DNA of 64,000 nucleotides from Candidatus Terraquivivens tengchongensis (GTDB taxonomy: Archaea; Thermoproteota; Nitrososphaeria_A; Caldarchaeales; Wolframiiraptoraceae): NCBI GenBank assembly GCA_023261845.1, contig JALNJZ010000004.1, positions 69,693 to 133,692 of the forward strand, read 5' to 3'. Below, in pieces: positions 20,148 to 28,020 of the stretch. Numbering within the stretch: position 1 is the stretch's first letter; every line of letters begins with the position of its first letter. A program made the position numbers and the translations under genes. The notes below the pieces were generated by a model, which was not told where the DNA came from, ran no database searches, and saw only the letters and a program-made list of their open reading frames with translations.

Positions 20148-20195
20148 AATTAGTTCAGCACCACAGAAAATTTTTTCCAGCATGCTGAACTAATT
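20148..20195. repeat. 48-bp palindromic element, copy 1 (perfect 13-bp stem, T-rich loop), immediately after the hel308 stop
   Basis: aattagttcagca-ccacagaaaattttttcc-agcatgctgaactaatt. The arms at 20148-20160 and 20183-20195 are exact reverse complements. Confidence 0.7.
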
Positions 20196-20336
20196 GGCGG
20201 TGTACGAGCGTACCATGGGCCGATGATATCAATGGTTTTTGGTGTTATATTATTCAGCTACTGCAGCCTTCATCATGCCATCAGTGTACCTCAACCTCAT
20301 CATTCATAGGGCTTAACTTTTGCACAATTATATTCT

Positions 20337-20837
20337 TCAAAGCTCGTTAAAGACTTTTTCTGCGAAAGCGTACACCGAGGCCTCCTGTAATGGTTCCACC
20401 GAACCAGGCCTTAGCTTCCTGATTTTCTCTATCGCCTCGTTCGGATAAATCTTCTCCGAGGCTACGAAGTATGCCGCTATGACCGTACCGGTCCTTCCTA
20501 AGCCTGCCGCGCAGTGAACAACCGTGGGCCTGCCCGCGCTTATGTTGGACCGTATGAATTCGACACACTTCTCGATATCTTCAACGCTCGGAGGTTCATG
20601 GTCCTTCATGGGCACATGCATGTAAACAAGGTCTGTCGATTCCAACCATTCCTTCGGGAGTGGGCTCTCGGTTAAGCTGAGCAGCGCTCTTATGCCCTGC
20701 TCGCATAACCATAGGACTTGAGATCTCGATACGGGTCTACCGCAGGCTGCGAGCATGCTATCAACCCAGCTGAAGTTGTGGGGTCTATCCAACAAAAGAC
20801 CCCTAAGCCTTCTGTAGGCCTCGCCTAAGCTGCTCAT
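20337..20837 (-). CDS. protein tyrosine / dual-specificity phosphatase
   Basis: CX5R active site VVHCAAGLGRTG. 166 aa. 4-bp overlap with tmk. Confidence 0.8.
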   Translation of the reverse strand: MSSLGEAYRRLRGLLLDRPHNFSWVDSMLAACGRPVSRSQVLWLCEQGIRALLSLTESPLPKEWLESTDLVYMHVPMKDHEPPSVEDIEKCVEFIRSNISAGRPTVVHCAAGLGRTGTVIAAYFVASEKIYPNEAIEKIRKLRPGSVEPLQEASVYAFAEKVFNEL

Positions 20838-21433
20838 GGTTCCTTGCCCTTCGGATCGGGTAGGAAAGGTCTAAGCTTGGCTAAGAGCTCTTCGGTAACC
20901 TGGCTTGGTGGCTTCGAGCCGTCCAGCAGCATCAACTCGCCAGCTGCCGCCATGTCTAGGTACACCTTTCTAACGGCCTTTAGTAGCTCGAGCCTCTCGA
21001 ACCTACTTCTCGGTTTCTTTATCCTAGATAGCGCGAGCTCCGGCTCCACGTCCAAGAGGAAGGCCACGTCAGGCTTCGGTACGAATTTGTTGATAGTCCT
21101 TACCCACTCAACATCTCCGAGCATTGCACCCTGATATGCTATAGAGGAGTGCACGTACCTATCGGAGACGATCACGTAACCCTTCTTAAGACCAGGTTCT
21201 ATCACCCTTCTCACGTGCTCTATCCTATCCGCAGCGAAGAGGAGCGCCTCCAAAGCCGGCGATGCCGTTGAGCCCAGTTTATTCAACAGCCTTCCTACAC
21301 CAAAGGACGTTGGCTCGTTCGTGTACTTCGCCACGTAACCGTTCTTCTTGAGCCATCTGACCACGGCTTTCGATTGCGTTGTCTTGCCCGCACCGTCTAT
21401 ACCCTCGATCGTTACCAAGATGCCCCTATCCAT
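20834..21433 (-). CDS. tmk: thymidylate kinase
   Basis: P-loop IEGIDGAGKTTQ and a DRY motif (VSDRYVHSS). Confidence 0.85.
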   Translation of the reverse strand: MDRGILVTIEGIDGAGKTTQSKAVVRWLKKNGYVAKYTNEPTSFGVGRLLNKLGSTASPALEALLFAADRIEHVRRVIEPGLKKGYVIVSDRYVHSSIAYQGAMLGDVEWVRTINKFVPKPDVAFLLDVEPELALSRIKKPRSRFERLELLKAVRKVYLDMAAAGELMLLDGSKPPSQVTEELLAKLRPFLPDPKGKEP

Positions 21434-21598
21434 ACGACAGCCCGATGTGTCATCTTTACTAAACTTTTTAAATTAAACGCACACGCCACGCCTTGTCTAG
21501 GTACACTACTTGTTGCCGTACAACCCTCCAAGTTGTAAAAAAAGTTATGAACATGTCAAGAGATTATAATGTAAACGTCATAAATTCGAGCCTGTAAA

Positions 21599-21610
21599 GT
21601 TTATATATTA
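21599..21610 (+). promoter_or_regulatory. TATA-box candidate for the ArsR-family gene (leaderless)
   Basis: tttatatatta lies 22-33 nt upstream of ATG 21632, preceded by A-rich BRE-like bases. Confidence 0.4.
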
Positions 21611-21631
21611 ACATCCAACTGCACTAATATA

Positions 21632-21958
21632 ATGTCAAATTTGTTTACTGAAGAGCAGATAGAGCATGTTTCGAAACTCTTCGAGACCTTGGGCAATAGG
21701 ACGAGGCTTAAAATACTCCTCATGGTGGCTGACAGTAAAAGGCCGCTCCATATAAAGGCCGTCGCCAAGAGCCTAGGGATGGACTACGCGGCCACATACA
21801 GACACGTGAAAGCGCTGGAGGAGGCGGGTATAGTGGAGATTTATGAGGTTGGAAGGTCTAGGGTTTTATCTCTTAAAAACCAGGACCGACTCATGGACCT
21901 GTTTCTTAAAACAATTGAAATTAGTCAGTTAGATAAATCTTCACAAATTGAACAATAA
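21632..21958 (+). CDS. ArsR-family winged-helix transcription regulator
   Basis: LGNRTRLKILLMV...HVKALEEAGIVE helix-turn-helix. 108 aa. Confidence 0.65.
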   Translation: MSNLFTEEQIEHVSKLFETLGNRTRLKILLMVADSKRPLHIKAVAKSLGMDYAATYRHVKALEEAGIVEIYEVGRSRVLSLKNQDRLMDLFLKTIEISQLDKSSQIEQ

Positions 21959-22043
21959 TTTGCAAAAATTGTCATATTAATTTTGTGGAAAAATTTTTAT
22001 AACTAAACACATGAGATAAGATAAGTTACGAAGGGGCGAGTTT

Positions 22044-22628
22044 GTGTTGAACCCGAGGTACTGGGCTTTTGCGATCATCATGGGAGCCTTAGGAAACGCT
22101 TTGGCGGCCCTGACGGTCATCCCGACGATGGTTCAGCAAGTCGCGCTTGACTTCTCCCTACTTCCAGCCATCATAGCGGGTATATATGGAGGCTGGGCAC
22201 TAGGCGGCCTGACGGGTTTCATAGCAGGAATACTTCCCTCGATATGGTTCGGACCTCTTGGGAATCTTGGTCCTTTGGGCATCACAGCGAGCATCGGGAA
22301 GGCCATCATGGGAATCACAGTAGGCCTGCTTTCGAGGGCCTTTAGGAGGTGGCTCGAGGCCAGGACTTGGCTCTACATCCCGGTCGTTGCTTTGGCCTTC
22401 TTACCCGAGGCTTTATGGATATATCTCGTGTTCGCAGTAATGGTACCGCTCTTTTTACCAGCAGCACCAGCCTTTCTGCCAGGTCTATGGGCTCCAATAC
22501 TTCTGAAGGGATCTTTCGAGATAGCAGTCATGGGATTCTTCACCGCAGCACTCGCAGGTCATAACGGCTTCAAGAGTCAAATACTCTCTTTCCTGAACTC
22601 TACGGCGTTGCCCATTAGAAAAACCTAG
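22044..22628 (+). CDS. integral membrane protein, ECF-transporter S-component-like
   Basis: About 5-6 TM helices. The Gly/Ala-rich helices resemble BioY/ECF S components. Confidence 0.35.
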   Translation: MLNPRYWAFAIIMGALGNALAALTVIPTMVQQVALDFSLLPAIIAGIYGGWALGGLTGFIAGILPSIWFGPLGNLGPLGITASIGKAIMGITVGLLSRAFRRWLEARTWLYIPVVALAFLPEALWIYLVFAVMVPLFLPAAPAFLPGLWAPILLKGSFEIAVMGFFTAALAGHNGFKSQILSFLNSTALPIRKT

Positions 22629-22696
22629 CAATACTACTAATTTTTTACTCAAAAATTGGTAGAAACTAAAGTTTAAGTAAATGCTTTAATGATCTA

Positions 22697-23389
22697 TTGG
22701 GTAGTATGGAGCGCAAGGAACGTTCAAAGAGCCTGTTGGTCGCAGTCGCGGCGGTGTTCGGAGGCCTCTCCTCGGTCATTGCCATGCTCAAACTCAGCTT
22801 CCCATTCCCATTATTACCGTACCTTAAGTTTGACTTGGCGGAGCTTCCTGCTATCTTTTCATTCCTAGCCTTTGGACCTTTCTTAGGCCTCGTGACGTCG
22901 CTAGTGTACTGGATAGTCTTAACGATTGCTACCATGGGAGAGTGGCTTTGGCCAATAGGTCCGTTCATGAAGTTCTTGGCAGTTATATCTACACTTGTAG
23001 GTGTCTGGCTAGGCTCTAGGATATTCGTGAAATCCGAGAGGCACCCCCTCGGCTCGCTCCTGTTACGTATGGGCGTGCTGGCCGCCATACTCAGGACAGC
23101 AGCCATGGGTGTGATGAACTACCTAATCTTAGTAATAATGGTACCTGAGTCGCTCACCTTCGTTAACTACTTGCTCTCGACGACTCTAGGCCTGAATTTA
23201 GGCTCCGAGTTAGAGCTAATTTTACTCGTCATGGCCCTTACGTCAGTCTTCAACATAATCCATACAATCCTCTCTCTGGTGCCGCCGGTTATTGTCGTTC
23301 AAAGGATAGAAAGAGCGGGCGCTTTTATGAGGATGGTCGGCAACTCTTGGATTGGCAACCTCGTGAAAAGGGTATACGATTCTAAATAA
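22697..23389 (+). CDS. integral membrane protein, paralogous to 22044..22628
   Basis: Similar length and topology (FDLAELPAIFSFLAFGP). Confidence 0.35.
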   Translation: MGSMERKERSKSLLVAVAAVFGGLSSVIAMLKLSFPFPLLPYLKFDLAELPAIFSFLAFGPFLGLVTSLVYWIVLTIATMGEWLWPIGPFMKFLAVISTLVGVWLGSRIFVKSERHPLGSLLLRMGVLAAILRTAAMGVMNYLILVIMVPESLTFVNYLLSTTLGLNLGSELELILLVMALTSVFNIIHTILSLVPPVIVVQRIERAGAFMRMVGNSWIGNLVKRVYDSK

Positions 23390-23431
23390 TAGATCATAAA
23401 TATACGTAGCGTACTCTTATGTCTATCGGAC

Positions 23432-23839
23432 ATGTCCAGAGGTGGCGTAGCCAGAGTCAGCATCTCAATACCGCCTGATCTGTTGAAAGAGCTGGATGAT
23501 ATGCTCAAGAAAATCGGCTACGATAGGTCAAAAGCCATACGGATAGCGATAAGGAACTTCCTGACAGATTATAAGTGGACGCAAGAATCTGGTGACGTTG
23601 CTGGTGCATTGATACTATTATATGATCATAAGAGCAGGGGCATAGAGGAATCTCTGACAGACATACAACACGAGCATGGTGGCATAATCACATCCACGAT
23701 GCATGTGCACCTTGACAAGGAAAACTGCCTAGAGATAATTGCAGTGAAGGGGGGCTCGAGGAGTATAAAGGAGCTTGCGGAGCGCATGATGAAGGAAAAG
23801 GGCGTAAAGCAGCTCAAGCTTGCCGTTGTCACCAAGTAA
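23432..23839 (+). CDS. nikR: nickel-responsive regulator NikR (ribbon-helix-helix plus ACT-like metal-binding domain)
   Basis: RHH N-terminus (VARVSISIPPDLLKELDDM) and His-rich C-domain (HEHGGI...HVHLD). Confidence 0.7.
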   Translation: MSRGGVARVSISIPPDLLKELDDMLKKIGYDRSKAIRIAIRNFLTDYKWTQESGDVAGALILLYDHKSRGIEESLTDIQHEHGGIITSTMHVHLDKENCLEIIAVKGGSRSIKELAERMMKEKGVKQLKLAVVTK

Positions 23840-23863
23840 CCTTCAAGCGCGTAAGATAATGGT

Positions 23864-24835
23864 TTAGGTCAACTGTTTTATGATACCCTCTGCTACGTCG
23901 AATGCCTTTTTCATGATATGTTCCGGCAACTTTCCAGCGGCGCACGCCTCCCTTGGTTCGTCTTGGTCTATAATGCTCGGCTCCTTACCGAAGGGCCTAA
24001 CAACATCTACGCCTAAGTCCACGTACCTGACGTAAGTGTCGTACATCTCTACTGGCGTGCATATATTGTAATACTCACCTTTTAGGCTACCGTTTAAGGA
24101 GTAGTATTTTGTGACCGTGTACATGCACCCCTTCTTGAGTTCCGTTATGGCGTAATCTCCCGGCGACTTCGGCACGTTAAGACCGTCGTAGACGCCACCT
24201 CCGAGGATCAGCCTTCGAACCTTAACGACGCCGTCCCCTCTCCATATGACCTTAGCCGGGCCCATGATGATGTTTCTCCCGTTCAGCTTCGAGTGGACGA
24301 TGTGTATAACACTACCCAACCTAGGCGTCAACGTTGACACGTATTCTTTGAACATCACGTAAACCTTCTCCGGTTGGAGCAAGCCCTCCTCGAGCAACTG
24401 CTCTGCGAATGAAACCATCAACGAAAGACTCTCGCTACCAGCCCTGCAAAAATGGTGCCATGGTACGGTATACGTTACCTCGCTCCTGAGGGCGTCAAGC
24501 TCCAGTTTCGCATCCAATGAGAACGCCGCGATGAGCTGAACATTCTCCTGGGAACCTTCTAATTGCCTTGCTTTGCCGACGAGTATTGTGGATGGAACAC
24601 CCTTTTTCAACATTTCGACAAAGTCCTCCACGTGTTCTCTCCTTCCCAAGATCTTAACGGCGTGCTTATCTTGTGTGTCACTCACTATCACGTCGGGCGA
24701 TTCTGTAGACCATGTCCCAAATCTTTCTTTTTGAGATGTTGTGGGTGAGGATATTTCGTGCCCATTCTTTAAAACAAGCCTTAGTAGCGCGGTAGAATAT
24801 ATTCCCCTAACCATAACTTTCAATAATCCACTCAC
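23864..24835 (-). CDS. DUF402 domain protein (FAU-1/RNase G-associated-like)
   Basis: C-terminal YVDLGVDVV...PSIIDQDE...AAG resembles the DUF402 core. Confidence 0.4.
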   Translation of the reverse strand: MSGLLKVMVRGIYSTALLRLVLKNGHEISSPTTSQKERFGTWSTESPDVIVSDTQDKHAVKILGRREHVEDFVEMLKKGVPSTILVGKARQLEGSQENVQLIAAFSLDAKLELDALRSEVTYTVPWHHFCRAGSESLSLMVSFAEQLLEEGLLQPEKVYVMFKEYVSTLTPRLGSVIHIVHSKLNGRNIIMGPAKVIWRGDGVVKVRRLILGGGVYDGLNVPKSPGDYAITELKKGCMYTVTKYYSLNGSLKGEYYNICTPVEMYDTYVRYVDLGVDVVRPFGKEPSIIDQDEPREACAAGKLPEHIMKKAFDVAEGIIKQLT

Positions 24836-24905
24836 CGTTAGAGGGTGATAGAAACAACCCTAACATATGCTGATGTTTTGGTAATTGTTGATACTTGCTG
24901 GCACA

Positions 24906-25196
24906 TCATTGTTGGGCAGCCCTTATTGTCTCCAACAAAGACATCGCCATCCAGAGCTGCGTCCTAGTGAAGGGCGGCATGTTTGGGTCTGAGATTATCT
25001 CGTCAATTATCTCGATCGCATTCGCCGCCCTTACAGCAGGTATGAACCTTTCGTCGAAAAGAGTGTCGCTTGCAGATTTTGCCGCCCTCCTTATGTTCCT
25101 AGGAGTGCTTGTGTCGTTTGCTATGGCCTCGAGTATCTGAACTATTTGCTGTCTTTTCTCTTCCCATGATTGCTTAGATTCTGACATCCGGAACAA
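24906..25196 (-). CDS. UPF0147 family protein
   Basis: IANDTSTPRNIRRAA signature. 96 aa. Confidence 0.55.
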   Translation of the reverse strand: MFRMSESKQSWEEKRQQIVQILEAIANDTSTPRNIRRAAKSASDTLFDERFIPAVRAANAIEIIDEIISDPNMPPFTRTQLWMAMSLLETIRAAQQ

Positions 25197-25276
25197 CCAC
25201 CCCTCTTCAATTTAGGTATAAGTTTTCCGCTTCCCCTTGAGTGGGGAGCGGCATTTAAGAATTTCTCAGGGCCCGC

Positions 25277-27196
25277 CTACGTTAGGCCTATCTTCTTCGC
25301 GTATTCTGTTAACCCCAACTCAGCGAGCTTCTCTAGCTTAGGTTTGCCTTCCTTTGTCCATCCCCTTATGCTGTAAAATTCATCCAACATTTGATCGAAT
25401 TTTCCCCTATCTACGACCTCACCCTTTGACGCACCGAAGGCTAGCGGATCTTTGTACATTCTCTCTGGGAGATAATCGTCCTTCCTTGTCAAACCTTCTC
25501 TGATGTTGTAGAGCCTGATAATGTTGTTAATTCTTTCTCCTATCCTCCTAAGCTCTGCCGCGTTTATACCCGCTCCGGTAGCCATGTTGTAGATGGTCGT
25601 CACACCCTCCCATAACATCGGGCCGATTGTCGGTAAGGAGTAAAACTTACACATTATCATGCTATCGATGACTGCGTAAAAGTCCTCCTGCTCTGCGACG
25701 TACTCGGCATGACCGTCGTAGGACAACCTGTCAACTGTAACATCTGGTTTGAACGGATGCTTCCCTGTCAGGTTCGGCCTGTAGGCCACGTGCCTTAGAT
25801 GGCACGCACCCCTTTGTGAGACGGCATAAGCAAGGGCGACACCCTTCAAACCTCTTGGATCGTATCCCGGGAACTCCAACCCTTTCACATGGACAGCCAG
25901 TTCAGGAACGCCTAAAATTTCTGCGGCACGTCTTACACCCTCAGCAAGTATCTTTCCAAGACCTCTCTTGAACGCTATAACCTCAACCGCCCTAACGAGC
26001 GAGTCACCGTCACCGAACTTCAAGCCTATGTCGTTCTCTTTTAGAAGACCCCGTTCAGCTAAGTACATAGCGAAACTCACAACGTTCCCGAGTGTTATCG
26101 TGTCAAGTCCATACAGGTTTGCAAGCTCGTTGGCCGCTGCAACCGCAGCTAAGTCGTCGATTCCACATAACGGGCTTAGCGCGTATAGGGTTTCGTACTC
26201 GGGCCCTTCCAAGACTATAGTTTTCCCTTTATAATCAACAACACTATGCCTACCACAAGCTACTGGGCATGCAAAGCAAGTTATGTGCTTCTTCACTATA
26301 GTACTGTTCATAGTCTCTGGTCCGACTTTTTCATAACCATCAAAACTTCCGCCTTGATAGTATCTGGTCGATAAGGAACCCGTGTTTTGTGTAAAGGCCA
26401 TTATGCCCGATGTGCCGTATTTTGCGAGCGCAGTTAATGTGTTTCTTGCTTTGTTCGATACTTCCCTCCTTAACTCTTCGTACGCCTTCTCATCAGCTGG
26501 AGCGACCTCAAGTGTACCTTTTATTACGATGGCCTTCAGCTTCTTGCTTCCCATGACAGCACCGCCTCCAGTCCTACCGAAGAAACCACCTCTCAAGCCC
26601 TTAACGCTGTGCTGGTATATGCCGTGGACTATACATGCAAACTTGACCAAATTCTCGCCTGCTTGACCTATGACGGCTGTCTGGACTTTATCGCCGTGTT
26701 CCTTCCAAAGAGCCTTCTCGGCTTCTAATGTGTTCAGACCCCAAATGCCAGATGCATCACGTATTTGGACTTCGCCGTCCTCAACATAAAGATAGACTGG
26801 CTTGCTCGACGCACCTTTTACCACGATAGCGTCAAGCCCAGCTTTAGCCATCTCGGTGCCGATGTAACCGCCACAGTAACTCTCGCCGAATAAGTTAGTG
26901 AGCGGCGACTTAAAGCACAACGTCATCCTAGCGGCGCTCGAGAGGGCAAGACCCTCTATCGGTCCAACAGAGAAGACAAGAACGTTGTCTGGTGAAAGCG
27001 GATCTATCTTAGGTTCCGTGTTGTCGAATAAGAGCTTCGCACCTAAACCCTTTCCACCTATGAAATTTCTATAGACATCCTTACCAGGGTCGAAATATTT
27101 CACGGAACCATCAGATAAATCAACAAAGCACACCCTATGCCAATATCCTGATTCTCTAATACTAGGTTTCATCACAAATACCAGCAAAACAGACAT
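25277..27196 (-). CDS. aor: tungsten-containing aldehyde:ferredoxin oxidoreductase (AOR family)
   Basis: AOR N-terminal and catalytic domains over the full length (...VDLSDGSVKY...GKGLGAKLL...). About 630 aa. Confidence 0.9.
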   Translation of the reverse strand: MSVLLVFVMKPSIRESGYWHRVCFVDLSDGSVKYFDPGKDVYRNFIGGKGLGAKLLFDNTEPKIDPLSPDNVLVFSVGPIEGLALSSAARMTLCFKSPLTNLFGESYCGGYIGTEMAKAGLDAIVVKGASSKPVYLYVEDGEVQIRDASGIWGLNTLEAEKALWKEHGDKVQTAVIGQAGENLVKFACIVHGIYQHSVKGLRGGFFGRTGGGAVMGSKKLKAIVIKGTLEVAPADEKAYEELRREVSNKARNTLTALAKYGTSGIMAFTQNTGSLSTRYYQGGSFDGYEKVGPETMNSTIVKKHITCFACPVACGRHSVVDYKGKTIVLEGPEYETLYALSPLCGIDDLAAVAAANELANLYGLDTITLGNVVSFAMYLAERGLLKENDIGLKFGDGDSLVRAVEVIAFKRGLGKILAEGVRRAAEILGVPELAVHVKGLEFPGYDPRGLKGVALAYAVSQRGACHLRHVAYRPNLTGKHPFKPDVTVDRLSYDGHAEYVAEQEDFYAVIDSMIMCKFYSLPTIGPMLWEGVTTIYNMATGAGINAAELRRIGERINNIIRLYNIREGLTRKDDYLPERMYKDPLAFGASKGEVVDRGKFDQMLDEFYSIRGWTKEGKPKLEKLAELGLTEYAKKIGLT

Positions 27197-27323
27197 TTAA
27201 AAAAGTTTAGTTTTCTTATCAATGCTTCATACAACAATCAGCAATACGCTACTTAGAGCCTCTTAGACGTAAACCGCAAGCTTATTTAATGAAGAATACT
27301 TCATAAAGAATGGTGATAGAAGA

Positions 27324-27962
27324 TTGTCACTAAAGCCTCCAAAGAGAGTGGCGCTTCGTAATCCATCCTTGAAGGGTACAATGTCTGTCGAGGAGGCAAT
27401 ATCTTGGCGTAGGTCCGAGAGAAGATACTCACCGAGTAAGCTTACGCTCGAGCATGTTTCGCAACTGATGTGGTGCGCCCAAGGTATAACGGATCATAGG
27501 AGCATGCTAAGGGCCGTACCATCCGCGGGCGCAACTTATCCGCTTGAGATTTATGCTGTCGTGAAGGATGGTGGCGTAGAAGGACTGGAGGCTGGTGTGT
27601 ACCATTACCGACCGGAAGACCATTCTCTAGAACTGATTAGAAGCGGCGACCTCAACGAGGAACTAGCATCAGCCTGCCTTGGACAAAGTTGGGTAAGAGA
27701 TGCTCCGCTCAACATCGTCATAACCGCAATATATGCTAGGACAACGAGAAGATACGGGACGAGGGGGGAGAGGTATGTGCATATGGAGGTCGGGCATGCA
27801 GGCCAGAACATATACCTCCAGGCTACGGCCATGGGCTTAGGAACTGTTGCCGTTGGAGCGTTTTACGACGACAGAGTCAAAGAAGTTTTGGGAGTGTCCG
27901 GAGAAGAGAGACCGCTGTACGTTATGCCCATTGGCATATCCGTCAGGAAAAGAGTTGTTTGA
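27324..27962 (+). CDS. nitroreductase-family (SagB-type) oxidoreductase
   Basis: RRYSPSKLTLEHVSQLMWCAQG nitroreductase fold. Confidence 0.65.
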   Translation: MSLKPPKRVALRNPSLKGTMSVEEAISWRRSERRYSPSKLTLEHVSQLMWCAQGITDHRSMLRAVPSAGATYPLEIYAVVKDGGVEGLEAGVYHYRPEDHSLELIRSGDLNEELASACLGQSWVRDAPLNIVITAIYARTTRRYGTRGERYVHMEVGHAGQNIYLQATAMGLGTVAVGAFYDDRVKEVLGVSGEERPLYVMPIGISVRKRVV

Positions 27963-28020
27963 GGTTAAGCATCCTGAATAATCCTTTATAATATCTATAG
28001 TAGTTTCTGCCATAGCAAAA

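Noticed and set aside
19497-20183. 228-aa antisense ORF overlapping the 3' end of hel308
   Set aside because: It is antisense to a confidently identified helicase gene and has no motifs.
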